Assembly: GCA_029838215.1 (NCBI GenBank)
Contig: JALGVI010000007.1
Coordinates: forward strand, 1 to 50,648
Source of the DNA: Candidatus Helarchaeota archaeon
GTDB taxonomy: Archaea > Asgardarchaeota > Lokiarchaeia > Helarchaeales > RDOG01
DNA length: 50,648 bases
Direction of reading: 5' to 3'
The position numbers were made by a program, and so were the translations under genes. The notes beneath the pieces are model-generated. The model worked only from the letters and a program-made list of their open reading frames with translations. It was not told the origin of the DNA and did not search any database. Positions 27,510-36,364 of the stretch are shown one piece after another (positions within the stretch are counted from its first letter, which is position 1; each line of letters starts with the position of its first letter).

Positions 27510-28358
27510 ATGTCTCGCTTTTCCAAGCTTGATCCGTTTGACAAGCGATTTCTTCTTGTCATTTTTATTTGCTTAGGCATAGTAATTACAATCACGACCA
27601 TCATTCATCATTTTTTTCCTTTCATCGTTCAAGTTCCTCCGGTGATGCCGCCGTTTACATCGCCTCCGCAGTTTTGGGCATTCGAACTCCTATTCTGGGA
27701 TATGAGTGCAATACTATTAAGTGCTTTGCTATTTTATCACGTGGTGAAGAAACACGGCATCTGGCTAGCCACGCTTTTCCTGACGGGATCAATCATTTTC
27801 ACGGGACTTGAGGAATGCATGTGGATTTTTGGTGGAAGATTCGGCTTGACTTTTCCTACTTACTTCTTTACTAAAGGCGGTCTTTGGTTCTTTGAAATCC
27901 CTCTATATACCTGTCTCGGCTGGTTCATTTTGGCTTATAGTTGCGTGTTCATTGCCGAAAACTTGTTTGATGATGGTAAGGTTTTTTGGAGTGCCTTTTT
28001 AGGTGGCGTTTTTGCAGTGATGCTTGATTTGTGGATAGACCCCATCAACGTGAATCTCGGTGCTCTCTCGCCTTACACGTCTGCAGGTTTTTGGGTTTGG
28101 AACATGCAAGACACGCTTCGCATTTTCGGGATTCCGCTCATGAACTTTATAGGATGGTTTCTCGTGGTTTTTCTCTTCGCATATCTTTGGGGACAAATTC
28201 GTGAGGCTCAGACTAAAAAACACTGGTCAAAACTGAAATGCACTATCATATTCTACGCGTGCATCCCTGCTTTACTCCTTATATGCTTGGTCGCACTTGG
28301 TTTCATAGAAATATATGTTCTACAAATCTGGTTTCGAAATGTCTACATTCCGTTTTGA
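27510..28358 (+). CDS. CruF-like (carotenoid biosynthesis/DUF422) membrane protein
   Basis: GLEE..W, FFEIPLYTCLGWF, AVMLDLWIDP, GFWVW, GIPLMNFIGWF; start trimmed from 27330 to MSRFSK. Confidence 0.75.
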   Translation: MSRFSKLDPFDKRFLLVIFICLGIVITITTIIHHFFPFIVQVPPVMPPFTSPPQFWAFELLFWDMSAILLSALLFYHVVKKHGIWLATLFLTGSIIFTGLEECMWIFGGRFGLTFPTYFFTKGGLWFFEIPLYTCLGWFILAYSCVFIAENLFDDGKVFWSAFLGGVFAVMLDLWIDPINVNLGALSPYTSAGFWVWNMQDTLRIFGIPLMNFIGWFLVVFLFAYLWGQIREAQTKKHWSKLKCTIIFYACIPALLLICLVALGFIEIYVLQIWFRNVYIPF

Positions 28359-28367
28359 GGTGTTATT

Positions 28368-28571
28368 ATGAAATTCAATACTGATTACATACCGATCATT
28401 ATCTTGGCTCTTTTCGTGCTGGCAATGTTGGGCGAGTGCATGCAACTGGTGCAAGCAACTGGCAACATCATTTTTCTCCTGATAATCGTGATTCCAATTC
28501 CTGTCTTTGTCATTACGGGATATGTTGCGATAATCAGACTTCGCAAGAAGAACAAAGAAGACACGAAGTAA
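28368..28571 (+). CDS. Small two-TM membrane protein
   Basis: GAGGTG before ATG, two hydrophobic helices, basic tail RLRKKNK. Confidence 0.7.
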   Translation: MKFNTDYIPIIILALFVLAMLGECMQLVQATGNIIFLLIIVIPIPVFVITGYVAIIRLRKKNKEDTK

Positions 28572-28606
28572 TTGGATTAAAACGGCTCTACCGGAGGTTT
28601 TTTTGA

Positions 28607-29119
28607 ATCTCGTTAGCAATACTGTTAAGTGCAGCAATCATTGGTCTGGGTATTGCAGTTGGAATATTGTCGCTGCATTGGTATCGGCACGCTGAAAAAT
28701 TTCGATTATATGGGTTATTAGTTGGAGTCATTTTGGGTTGTTTAGACAAGTTATTAATGATAATTCTCTGGCAAGACATTTTCTTCCTGAAAGGCACGCT
28801 CATTATAGATGACTTCATTATAATTACTTATGATATGCTTGCATATTCCACGTATTTCCTTGTTTTTAAATTTGAGAAATTCGATGCTAACCAAGCGATT
28901 TTCTTCATAATGCTTTCTTCCATGCTTGGTACTCTGCTCGAACAATTTGGACTGGTTTCAAATCCCGCTTTCACGTATCCGTATGTTTTTGGCTTGATTC
29001 AATGGAATCCGCTCATTACACTCGGATATTTTGCTTGCATGTTTGGTCTTGGCTTCATCTTGATCATGTTTTTTATTGATAAAGAACGATTGAAAGCATT
29101 GCTTCGAAATGAATCATGA
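28607..29119 (+). CDS. Multi-pass membrane protein with an anomalous start
   Basis: ORF track starts at 28667, but an in-frame TM helix ISLAILLSAAIIGLGIAVGIL extends back to 28607, downstream of GGAGG (28593-28597). Confidence 0.6.
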   Translation: MSLAILLSAAIIGLGIAVGILSLHWYRHAEKFRLYGLLVGVILGCLDKLLMIILWQDIFFLKGTLIIDDFIIITYDMLAYSTYFLVFKFEKFDANQAIFFIMLSSMLGTLLEQFGLVSNPAFTYPYVFGLIQWNPLITLGYFACMFGLGFILIMFFIDKERLKALLRNES

Positions 29120-29223
29120 CGAAATTCCGTGCTTGGAAGAAAAAATTTAGAACGAAAAGTTTTTCATTTTAAACAAATCCAAGTATTCTTAATTGTCGGA
29201 TTCAATCGTGTGAAACAGGAGTT

Positions 29224-30225
29224 GTGTTTGAAATGGCACCCGATGATGATAACGTGGACGATTTGCTTGACTCTCTACTAGAATCTGTATCGGATGGTGA
29301 GAAGAAAACTGCAAAAAAAAGTACCAAACCTGTCATAGTGCGTCCACCAAAACCCGTTGTAAAAAGACCGCAGAAAGTCATTCAACCCATGGCTTCGCCT
29401 TCCATTCAACCGAAACCCATCCTTAAGCCTGTTCGAGGACCTGAAAAACCCGTATTGAAAAACCTCGAGCGATTAAAACAACAAAGCGCGATGAAAAGGA
29501 CGGGTGTATCTCCTGGACCTGCACCAACTCCAATTAAAAGAGAACCCCTGACAAAACCCAAGCCCATTCAGGGACCCTCACCAATATTACCGAAAAAAAT
29601 TCCAAAGAGTTCACCTTCTGTCACGTTAGAACCCATCAAGATCACGGGTATTTCGAAAAAATCTTCACCGACCCCCTCTCCTGCGGTGCCTGCACCGGTT
29701 AAACCAATATCTCCTAGCTCAAAATATGCTAAAGAACCTGAAACCGTGAGAATTAAAATCGGACCGTCATTGAAGGATCTCATTGCAAAGAAGGAAGGAA
29801 AGACTGTTTCGACTAAACCTGCCGATTCATCCATCTTCGATGATGAATACAAATCCGTCCAGAAAATAAAGGAAGAAATTCTACAAAAGCCAAAGCCAAT
29901 AACAAAACGACCTGCCGATAAATTAGAAACATTCAAAGAACTAATGCAGGAAGTTGAATCTACTGAATCCATCACGCCTGGTATGAATCAAGATGTTGAT
30001 TTATTCGTGGAAACAGCCCAAAGGGTCGAAGAAGTTCCAATTTTTGCAGAAGAAATTGCATCAGAAGCAGTTACTGAACTTGTATATGATAAAAATGGAT
30101 ATCTCATTCCTAAAACAGCGCCGAGACCAATTGGTGTCAAGTGTCCAAATTGCGGAAAACGGTTTGAACCCCTCGAACCTGAAAGATGTGAATGTCCGTT
30201 TTGCATGTATGTTTGGTATATTTAA
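29224..30225 (+). CDS. Pro/Lys-rich disordered protein with C-terminal zinc ribbon
   Basis: Acidic N-terminal helix DDLLDSLLESV, long P/K-rich region, CPNCGK...CECPFCMYVW. Confidence 0.8.
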   Translation: MFEMAPDDDNVDDLLDSLLESVSDGEKKTAKKSTKPVIVRPPKPVVKRPQKVIQPMASPSIQPKPILKPVRGPEKPVLKNLERLKQQSAMKRTGVSPGPAPTPIKREPLTKPKPIQGPSPILPKKIPKSSPSVTLEPIKITGISKKSSPTPSPAVPAPVKPISPSSKYAKEPETVRIKIGPSLKDLIAKKEGKTVSTKPADSSIFDDEYKSVQKIKEEILQKPKPITKRPADKLETFKELMQEVESTESITPGMNQDVDLFVETAQRVEEVPIFAEEIASEAVTELVYDKNGYLIPKTAPRPIGVKCPNCGKRFEPLEPERCECPFCMYVWYI

Positions 30226-30295
30226 CAGGACAGAAAAATTAATTATTTCTTTTTTCCTAACGCGTTATATCTGGCTATCTGCCCGTTTTCTAAAG

Positions 30296-31078
30296 TCAAT
30301 CTGGAAGAATTGCCACGGGTCTTGTCCATCCTGCACTGGCGCCTTGTATCTTTATTGGAAATACTGCAATTTTAAATCCAAATGGTGGTAACTGATCCAA
30401 ATTTGCTAATTTTTCAATGTGACAATATTCCTTTTTTCGTCCTGCAAAATGAGCGGGCCATAATGCTTGATTATTACCGGTCTCTTTATATTCCTTGAAC
30501 ATCAACGCAAAAGGTCTGTCGAAACCATAACCATCTGTACCTATCACTTTTATTCCGTGTTCCAAGATCCATGTTGTTGCTTCTCCTGTCATGCCCGGGT
30601 GCAACTCCGTGTATTTTCGAGAGCCAAATTTCTTGTCTCTATCAGTTCGGATGAGCACGATATCTCCCGCTTTTAGTTCGTACTCGATGCGTTGTAATTC
30701 TTTTTTTACATCATCAACCGAGATTTTTTCACCATCTGCTTTCCAAGAAAAATCCAACACGACACCATCACCATAGCACCACTCAAGCGGTACTTCATCA
30801 ATCGTTTTTGCCGGCTTGCCCTCAACAACATCACCAAAATGCCATGGTGCATCAAGATGCGTTCCCGTGTGCGTCTCAATCTCAAGCTTTTCCCATGCAA
30901 GTCCCTTTCCATCGGGGAACTCTTCGCCCTTTACATTATAGAGCATGCCGAGTCGTCTGGCTCCTTCACGGTGATCCCATCTGGTAATGCGTGCGGGTAT
31001 TGGCTCAGATCTTGCTCTATGTATTATCGGGACTGATAGATCGATTAAACGGACCAATTTTCCAACCTCAAATATCAA
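30296..31078 (-). CDS. Cyclase family metal-dependent hydrolase (kynurenine formamidase-like)
   Basis: HTGTHLDAPWHF, GDIVLIRT, HPG, IGTD, HIEKLANL, GASAGWTR. Confidence 0.9.
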   Translation of the reverse strand: MIFEVGKLVRLIDLSVPIIHRARSEPIPARITRWDHREGARRLGMLYNVKGEEFPDGKGLAWEKLEIETHTGTHLDAPWHFGDVVEGKPAKTIDEVPLEWCYGDGVVLDFSWKADGEKISVDDVKKELQRIEYELKAGDIVLIRTDRDKKFGSRKYTELHPGMTGEATTWILEHGIKVIGTDGYGFDRPFALMFKEYKETGNNQALWPAHFAGRKKEYCHIEKLANLDQLPPFGFKIAVFPIKIQGASAGWTRPVAILPD

Positions 31079-32475
31079 ATCATCTTTTTTGGATCGAGTA
31101 AATCATCTAAATTTCCTTCTATTTTTAGATCTTGTTCAATGATAACTTCTTTTATTGTTTTTCCCGTCTCATGTGCAATGCGAGCAATCTCACCTGCTTT
31201 ATCGTAACCTATTATTGGTGTCAGATTTGTTACCGTCATTAACATTCGGTCCAAGTGGGATTGAATTTGCCGCAGGTTTGGTTTCAAATCCAATAAGCAA
31301 TGGGTAATGAAGGAAATGATTCCATTTGAAAGAATTTTAATGGATTCTAATAAATTTACAATCATCATGGGTTTAGTTACGTTCAAATCCAAGATGCTAC
31401 CAAAACTTTCTCCTTGTGAGATGACAGCATCATTTCCAATTACTTGCAGGCAGACCTGTATCAATGCTTCTGATTGCGTGGGGTTAATTTTCCCAGGCAT
31501 TATGGAAGAGCCTGGCTCATTGGCAGGAAGTATCAACTCACCGAGTCCTGCTCGAGGCCCACTTCCCATCCATCGTATGTCATTCGCCATTTTGATGAGT
31601 GACAATGCCAAAAGCCGCAATACACCACTGGCTTTAACGATCGTGTTATGAGACGCGATTCCCTCTGCTTTAACGGGATTCTCTTTGAAATCAATTCCCG
31701 TCATTTCTTTCAATTTCGAAACAACAATAGCACCAAACTTTTCATCCGTGTTGATTCCCGTCCCGCAAGCCGTGCCACCAATAGGTAAGAAACAAAGTTC
31801 ATCACACGCACTCACCAATCGAGATTTATTTATGGTTACTTGTCGTCTATATACTTCAAATTCCATGGAAAGAGGAATTGGAACCGCATCTTGAAGATGA
31901 GTCCGACCAATTTTTATCACGTTTCTGAACTCGTCAATTTTTTTTTCAAGGGCGTTTTCAAGTTTTTCAACGGCGGGAATTAAAAGAGAGTTTATTCGTT
32001 CAATCGTTGCTAGGTGCATTGCTGTAGGAATGACATCATTGGAGGATTGACCTTTATTAACGTGGTCATTTGGGTGAACTGGATATTTCTTGCCCATGGG
32101 ATGACCTAAAATTTCATTTGCCCTGTTGGCCAATACTTCATTCATGTTCATGTTGATCTGTGTTCCCGAGCCCGTTTGAAACACGTCGATGGGAAATTGT
32201 TCTAAATGCTTTTTTTTGTCTAAAATCTCCTCAAGTGCTTGAAATAAGGCATTTGACTTCTCCTCTTCTATATTTCCCATGCTCACGTTTGCTTGGAGAC
32301 AGGCTTTTTTAATTAGAGCCAGTGCATTTAGAAAGGACTCTGGAAATTTTTTATCACTAATTTGAAAATTTAAGAGAGCACGTTGAGTGTTAATCCCCCA
32401 ATAAACGTTTTTCGGGACTTCTAATTCACCTAACACGTCTTTTTCAATTCTCATCTCATTTTTCATTAGCATCAC
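31075..32475 (-). CDS. fumC: Fumarate hydratase class II
   Basis: FQTGSGTQINMNMNEV, HPNDHVN, KIGRTHLQDA, GSSIMPGKINPTQSE (fumarase-type PTQ, not aspartase-type PVIPE). Confidence 0.92.
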   Translation of the reverse strand: MMLMKNEMRIEKDVLGELEVPKNVYWGINTQRALLNFQISDKKFPESFLNALALIKKACLQANVSMGNIEEEKSNALFQALEEILDKKKHLEQFPIDVFQTGSGTQINMNMNEVLANRANEILGHPMGKKYPVHPNDHVNKGQSSNDVIPTAMHLATIERINSLLIPAVEKLENALEKKIDEFRNVIKIGRTHLQDAVPIPLSMEFEVYRRQVTINKSRLVSACDELCFLPIGGTACGTGINTDEKFGAIVVSKLKEMTGIDFKENPVKAEGIASHNTIVKASGVLRLLALSLIKMANDIRWMGSGPRAGLGELILPANEPGSSIMPGKINPTQSEALIQVCLQVIGNDAVISQGESFGSILDLNVTKPMMIVNLLESIKILSNGIISFITHCLLDLKPNLRQIQSHLDRMLMTVTNLTPIIGYDKAGEIARIAHETGKTIKEVIIEQDLKIEGNLDDLLDPKKMI

Positions 32476-32602
32476 GTTGTAATTTCTTTTCTTTGTTTAT
32501 AAGTTTAGAATTGATGATTTCAAGCAAGAAATAGGTAAAAATATGATTCATTCTCTAAATTTAAAAAATTGTTGAAACAAGAAATTATCGAAGAAAACTA
32601 CT

Positions 32603-32713
32603 TTATTCATCTTCTCCTGTAATCGGTTGCTTATCTCTGATTTCTGATAATTTTTGTTCTACTTCTTTTTTTATCAACTCACGAATATATTTTTCGTCAA
32701 GTATATTACTCAT
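32603..32713 (-). CDS. Candidate 36-aa microprotein MSNILDEKYIRELIKKEVEQKLSEIRDKQPITGEDE
   Basis: Read by hand; ATG at 32713 with AAGGA upstream, TAA at 32603; amphipathic helix; below the ORF-track cutoff. Confidence 0.5.
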   Translation of the reverse strand: MSNILDEKYIRELIKKEVEQKLSEIRDKQPITGEDE

Positions 32714-32769
32714 CGTTCAAAAATCCTTCAATGCAATTTGAATTTTAACTCATTTTCACATGTTCTGAG

Positions 32770-32815
32770 CTAATATTTGTTTAAACTAATATTTAAATTC
32801 AATACTGTATTGAAT
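32770..32815. promoter_or_regulatory. Perfect 9-1-9 palindrome plus direct repeats next to a TATA-like box
   Basis: ATTCAATAC-T-GTATTGAAT (32797-32815); CTAATATTT at 32770 and 32786. Confidence 0.5.
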
Positions 32816-32839
32816 CCGAGCTGTATCGTTCGAAAGAGT

Positions 32840-33943
32840 TCAAATTCTTTTAGGGATGTTGCGATAGTATTTCTCTACCAATTCGGTGGCAGATTTAAAC
32901 ATATTTTCCGAAATGGATTTTGCTTGTAATTCTTTTTCAAATATCATTTCAAAATCTCGTGTAAACAATTCTAAGTTCTCACGGAGATATCGTGATGATT
33001 TTGAAGATAATAATCCAACCATGATGTGCTCTCCTTTGGAAAAAAGCAGGATTCCTTTTTCAAATTTGATCTCTTCGATTAGTCCAACTTGTAGAACCTT
33101 CTCACTCATTGCCCGTAGTGCCGAGAACAAACCTGCAAGTAGATCATCAACAACGAGACTTCTCGATTCAGTCCAAATATAATTGAAAATTGAATATCCG
33201 CCTTTCAGCAGTATTACCGTCAAACGAAAAGCCGTGAAAGGCAAGATAAACATGATTTCGGGATTGAAGAGTAAAATCAGTAGAAAGACGAACGGTACCG
33301 TTGCAATACTTATCTCCCCTATAAGAGCAAGTATCCAGATAATAACATCGGGGATAAGTCCAATAAGAAGCTCGGGAAGAAAACTAATTAATATATTTAT
33401 GCCAATATAGACAGAGATCACAACTGCAATTGTAAAAGTCTGTTTTTTGAGATTTTGTGGTGCGTTCCTCGAAGCCCTTGCGAAGAATTCAATGATATAT
33501 AGCATTAAGAGTGCCTCAAATGCCAGACCAAAGATCATCCATAGACCTGAATAATTGAAATATGGAAATCCAAACATGTAATTTATTGTTGAAGTTCCGG
33601 GAAGCCATGCAAAAGCCGCCGCCATTGAACCAACTACGGCAATTGAAAGCAATTTTACTATATTTGGTTGTTCATTAGTTATGTTATTCAGTCCACGAAC
33701 TAAAACAATCATGCCCACTACAAAGAAAATATAACCGATCTTATGTAAAAACTCATTCATGAAAAGAAGCGCAAATACTCTAATGAAAGGATAAACGAGA
33801 TAAATGACTAATGCAATTAGAAATGGTTTGAAATGCTTATTTTTGTTATACTTAATTTCACGTATCATTAGATAAGAAGAAATTATTCCGAAAATAACAA
33901 TGATAAAATCTCGATAAACTAGAGGTACAAAATTTAAAACCAT
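32840..33943 (-). CDS. Seven-TM membrane protein with C-terminal longin-like domain
   Basis: Seven hydrophobic segments in residues ~10-225, then RLTVILLKGGYSIF...DDLLAGLFSALRAM..K...IEEIKF...FTRDFEMIF. Confidence 0.8.
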   Translation of the reverse strand: MVLNFVPLVYRDFIIVIFGIISSYLMIREIKYNKNKHFKPFLIALVIYLVYPFIRVFALLFMNEFLHKIGYIFFVVGMIVLVRGLNNITNEQPNIVKLLSIAVVGSMAAAFAWLPGTSTINYMFGFPYFNYSGLWMIFGLAFEALLMLYIIEFFARASRNAPQNLKKQTFTIAVVISVYIGINILISFLPELLIGLIPDVIIWILALIGEISIATVPFVFLLILLFNPEIMFILPFTAFRLTVILLKGGYSIFNYIWTESRSLVVDDLLAGLFSALRAMSEKVLQVGLIEEIKFEKGILLFSKGEHIMVGLLSSKSSRYLRENLELFTRDFEMIFEKELQAKSISENMFKSATELVEKYYRNIPKRI

Positions 33944-34101
33944 AGAATCTCTCTGCCCAACCGATTTTTTCTCTTGAAGTGAAATTATATTAATTCTACA
34001 TCTAATTGTTATAATACTTGCATCTATATTTTATTTTTGCCAATTCATGAGTATTTTTTCGAAGAATTTAAACTACTTCAAAGTTTTTGATTTCCAATTA
34101 A

Positions 34102-34632
34102 TCAAATGCTTAAATACGTGTCAATGTGCATCAGGATTCGCCGCATGATTTTTTCATTGTCCTGAAACTTTTCCCGTATTGCTTTTTTTAATAGATTTAC
34201 TTGCTCTTTCAAGATATTTAATCGTTCTTCCAAATATTGATTTCTATCAATGAGCGAGTATGTTCCAGGACCGCCGTCTTCGTCAATTGTAATTTCAGTA
34301 ATTGTTCCGACTTGAAATGACACGCCGCCTTCTTCTCTTTTTACCAAATCATCTTTTTCAAGGTTAAATGTCAGTAATTCAATTCCCGAAGGTGTAATGG
34401 AATATTTCGGTCGATGCTTTTTCCCCGAAACCATTATTACTGTTCGGTTGACAAGCCTGTTGTCGATCAATTCCTTTAAAGTTCGGTCTAGGAGAAAGTC
34501 ATTAATTTTTAATGCATTCTTGAGTGTTGAAAATGAGGATTGTGAATTCTGGTTACTTGTGAGAGAGAGATGTCTCAAGACACTTCTCACGTGCTTTTTT
34601 TCTAGGAGTTTTAATTGCTGAAAAGAAACCAT
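34102..34632 (-). CDS. Winged-helix transcriptional regulator with C-terminal coiled coil
   Basis: SFSTLKNAL...LDRTLKELIDNRLVNR...YSITPSG; zipper-like LEERLNILKEQVNLLK. Confidence 0.75.
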   Translation of the reverse strand: MVSFQQLKLLEKKHVRSVLRHLSLTSNQNSQSSFSTLKNALKINDFLLDRTLKELIDNRLVNRTVIMVSGKKHRPKYSITPSGIELLTFNLEKDDLVKREEGGVSFQVGTITEITIDEDGGPGTYSLIDRNQYLEERLNILKEQVNLLKKAIREKFQDNEKIMRRILMHIDTYLSI

Positions 34633-34742
34633 TTATTAACAACACCGAATTGGATTTTTGTATCCGACCACTTACATCTGATATAAGCACTTATAACCCG
34701 TATAAGAAAACGTATTATAAATCCTTTCGATTCGTGTTTCAC

Positions 34743-34759
34743 AAAACAAGTATTGTTTT
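34743..34759. promoter_or_regulatory. 7-3-7 palindrome in the divergent wHTH/cdhC promoter
   Basis: AAAACAA-GTA-TTGTTTT; TATAA direct repeats at 34682, 34692, 34701 and 34716 nearby. Confidence 0.4.
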
Positions 34760-34884
34760 ATTTATTTTACAAGAATCTTGGACTTAACTCATGATGGGGA
34801 TTTTCTTTTCTCCAAACATGAACGTTCAGGATTGAAGATAAACTGTATTATTTTATCAAAACAAAAAAAACAGAGTGAAAGAAA

Positions 34885-36324
34885 ATGACTGAAGAAGGCA
34901 TGTGGTCGGATCTTCCTTTTAACGTTGGTCTTGTCTACGAAGGCGAACGAATTCGTGGTAAACAGACTTATGTTGAATTGGGTGGTCCAAAACAACCTGC
35001 AAAATTCGAATTAGTCCAGGTCAAAGATGTCAAGGATATCAAGGACATGGACGTAGAAATCATTGGTCCTGACATTCCGGACATGAAAGAAGGCGGAAAT
35101 TATCCGATCGGAGTGTTAGTTGAAGTCGGTGGTAAACAAGCTGAAAAAGACCTTGAAGCCGTGCTCGAAAGACGCATTCACGAATTTTCCAACTTCATTG
35201 AAGGATTAATGCATTTAAACCAGCGTTATGACATCTGGATGCGAATTTCAAAGGCCGCCGTAAAGAAAGGCTTCAATTCATTGAAGATGTACGGCACTGT
35301 TCTTGCACGTCTATACAAGTCTGAATTCGGAAAAATTCTTGAAAAGATTCAAGTGAAACTCTATACTGATCCCGATAAAATTAAACCCATTTATGATAAT
35401 GCAATGGGAATTTGGGAAGCCAGAGATGCACGAGCAAGAGACCTCTCCGATGATGAAGTAGACATGTTCTATGGTTGTACTCTATGTTCCAGCTTTGCAC
35501 CATCCCACGTTTGCACCGTTACGCCTGGGCGAATTGCCTTGTGTGGTGCTATAAACTGGTTTGATGCACGTGCCGCAGCAAAAATTGACCCTGAAGGCCC
35601 TAATTTTGCCATTCCAAAAGGCGAGTGTCTTGATGAATTAGCTGGTGAATATTCTGGAATTAACGAAATCACGAAGAAAAAATCACTTGGAGAAATCGAA
35701 CGGGTAACTTTACACACGATATTAAGTCCTTATAACCATACATCTTGTGGATGTTTTGAAGCCATCGCATTTTTCGTGCCTGAAGTTGATGGTGTGGGAA
35801 TTGTTGACCGAAATTACAAGGGCACTACCGTAAACGGATTACCCTTCAGTACAATGGCAAATTCCACAGGTGGCGGAAAACAAGTCGAAGGGTTCGTCGG
35901 AATGGCTATCGAGTACATGCGTTCCAAGAAATTCCTTCAAGCCGATGGTGGATGGAATAGAATAGTTTGGATGCCTGCAGGAATAAAAAACCGCATTATT
36001 GATGCAATTCCTAAAGACATCGTAGACAAGATTGCGACCGAAGAAGTTGCTACCGACCTAGATTCTTTAAAATCATTCCTCAAGGAGAAGAATCACCCTG
36101 TCGTTAAGAATTGGGTGGAAGAAGCCGAAGAGGAAGAAGAAGAAGAAGCCGCACCCATGGTCCCAGCTGGGGGAATGCAGATGCCATCCATGGTTCCAAT
36201 GATGGGAGGCATTCAAGTAGCGAGTGGCGGTGCTAACTGGAAGATAATACTAAAAGGTGCCAAGATCTACGCCGACGAAATCCATATCAAGCGGATCCAG
36301 CCTAAAAAGAAGAAGAAGAAATGA
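34885..36324 (+). CDS. cdhC: Acetyl-CoA decarbonylase/synthase complex beta subunit (acetyl-CoA synthase)
   Basis: ELGGPK, HLNQRYDIW, CTLCSSFAPSHVC, LCGAINW, HTSCGCFE, DGGWNRIVWMP; poly-Glu and Met/Gly linker at the C-terminus. Confidence 0.96.
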   Translation: MTEEGMWSDLPFNVGLVYEGERIRGKQTYVELGGPKQPAKFELVQVKDVKDIKDMDVEIIGPDIPDMKEGGNYPIGVLVEVGGKQAEKDLEAVLERRIHEFSNFIEGLMHLNQRYDIWMRISKAAVKKGFNSLKMYGTVLARLYKSEFGKILEKIQVKLYTDPDKIKPIYDNAMGIWEARDARARDLSDDEVDMFYGCTLCSSFAPSHVCTVTPGRIALCGAINWFDARAAAKIDPEGPNFAIPKGECLDELAGEYSGINEITKKKSLGEIERVTLHTILSPYNHTSCGCFEAIAFFVPEVDGVGIVDRNYKGTTVNGLPFSTMANSTGGGKQVEGFVGMAIEYMRSKKFLQADGGWNRIVWMPAGIKNRIIDAIPKDIVDKIATEEVATDLDSLKSFLKEKNHPVVKNWVEEAEEEEEEEAAPMVPAGGMQMPSMVPMMGGIQVASGGANWKIILKGAKIYADEIHIKRIQPKKKKKK

Positions 36325-36364
36325 TTTTATTTCTTCTGAACCGAACTCTAGGAGTTGAAATAGT

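Noticed and set aside
32840-33943. The 7TM protein as a rhodopsin
   Set aside because: No retinal-binding Lys motif is evident in the seventh helix.
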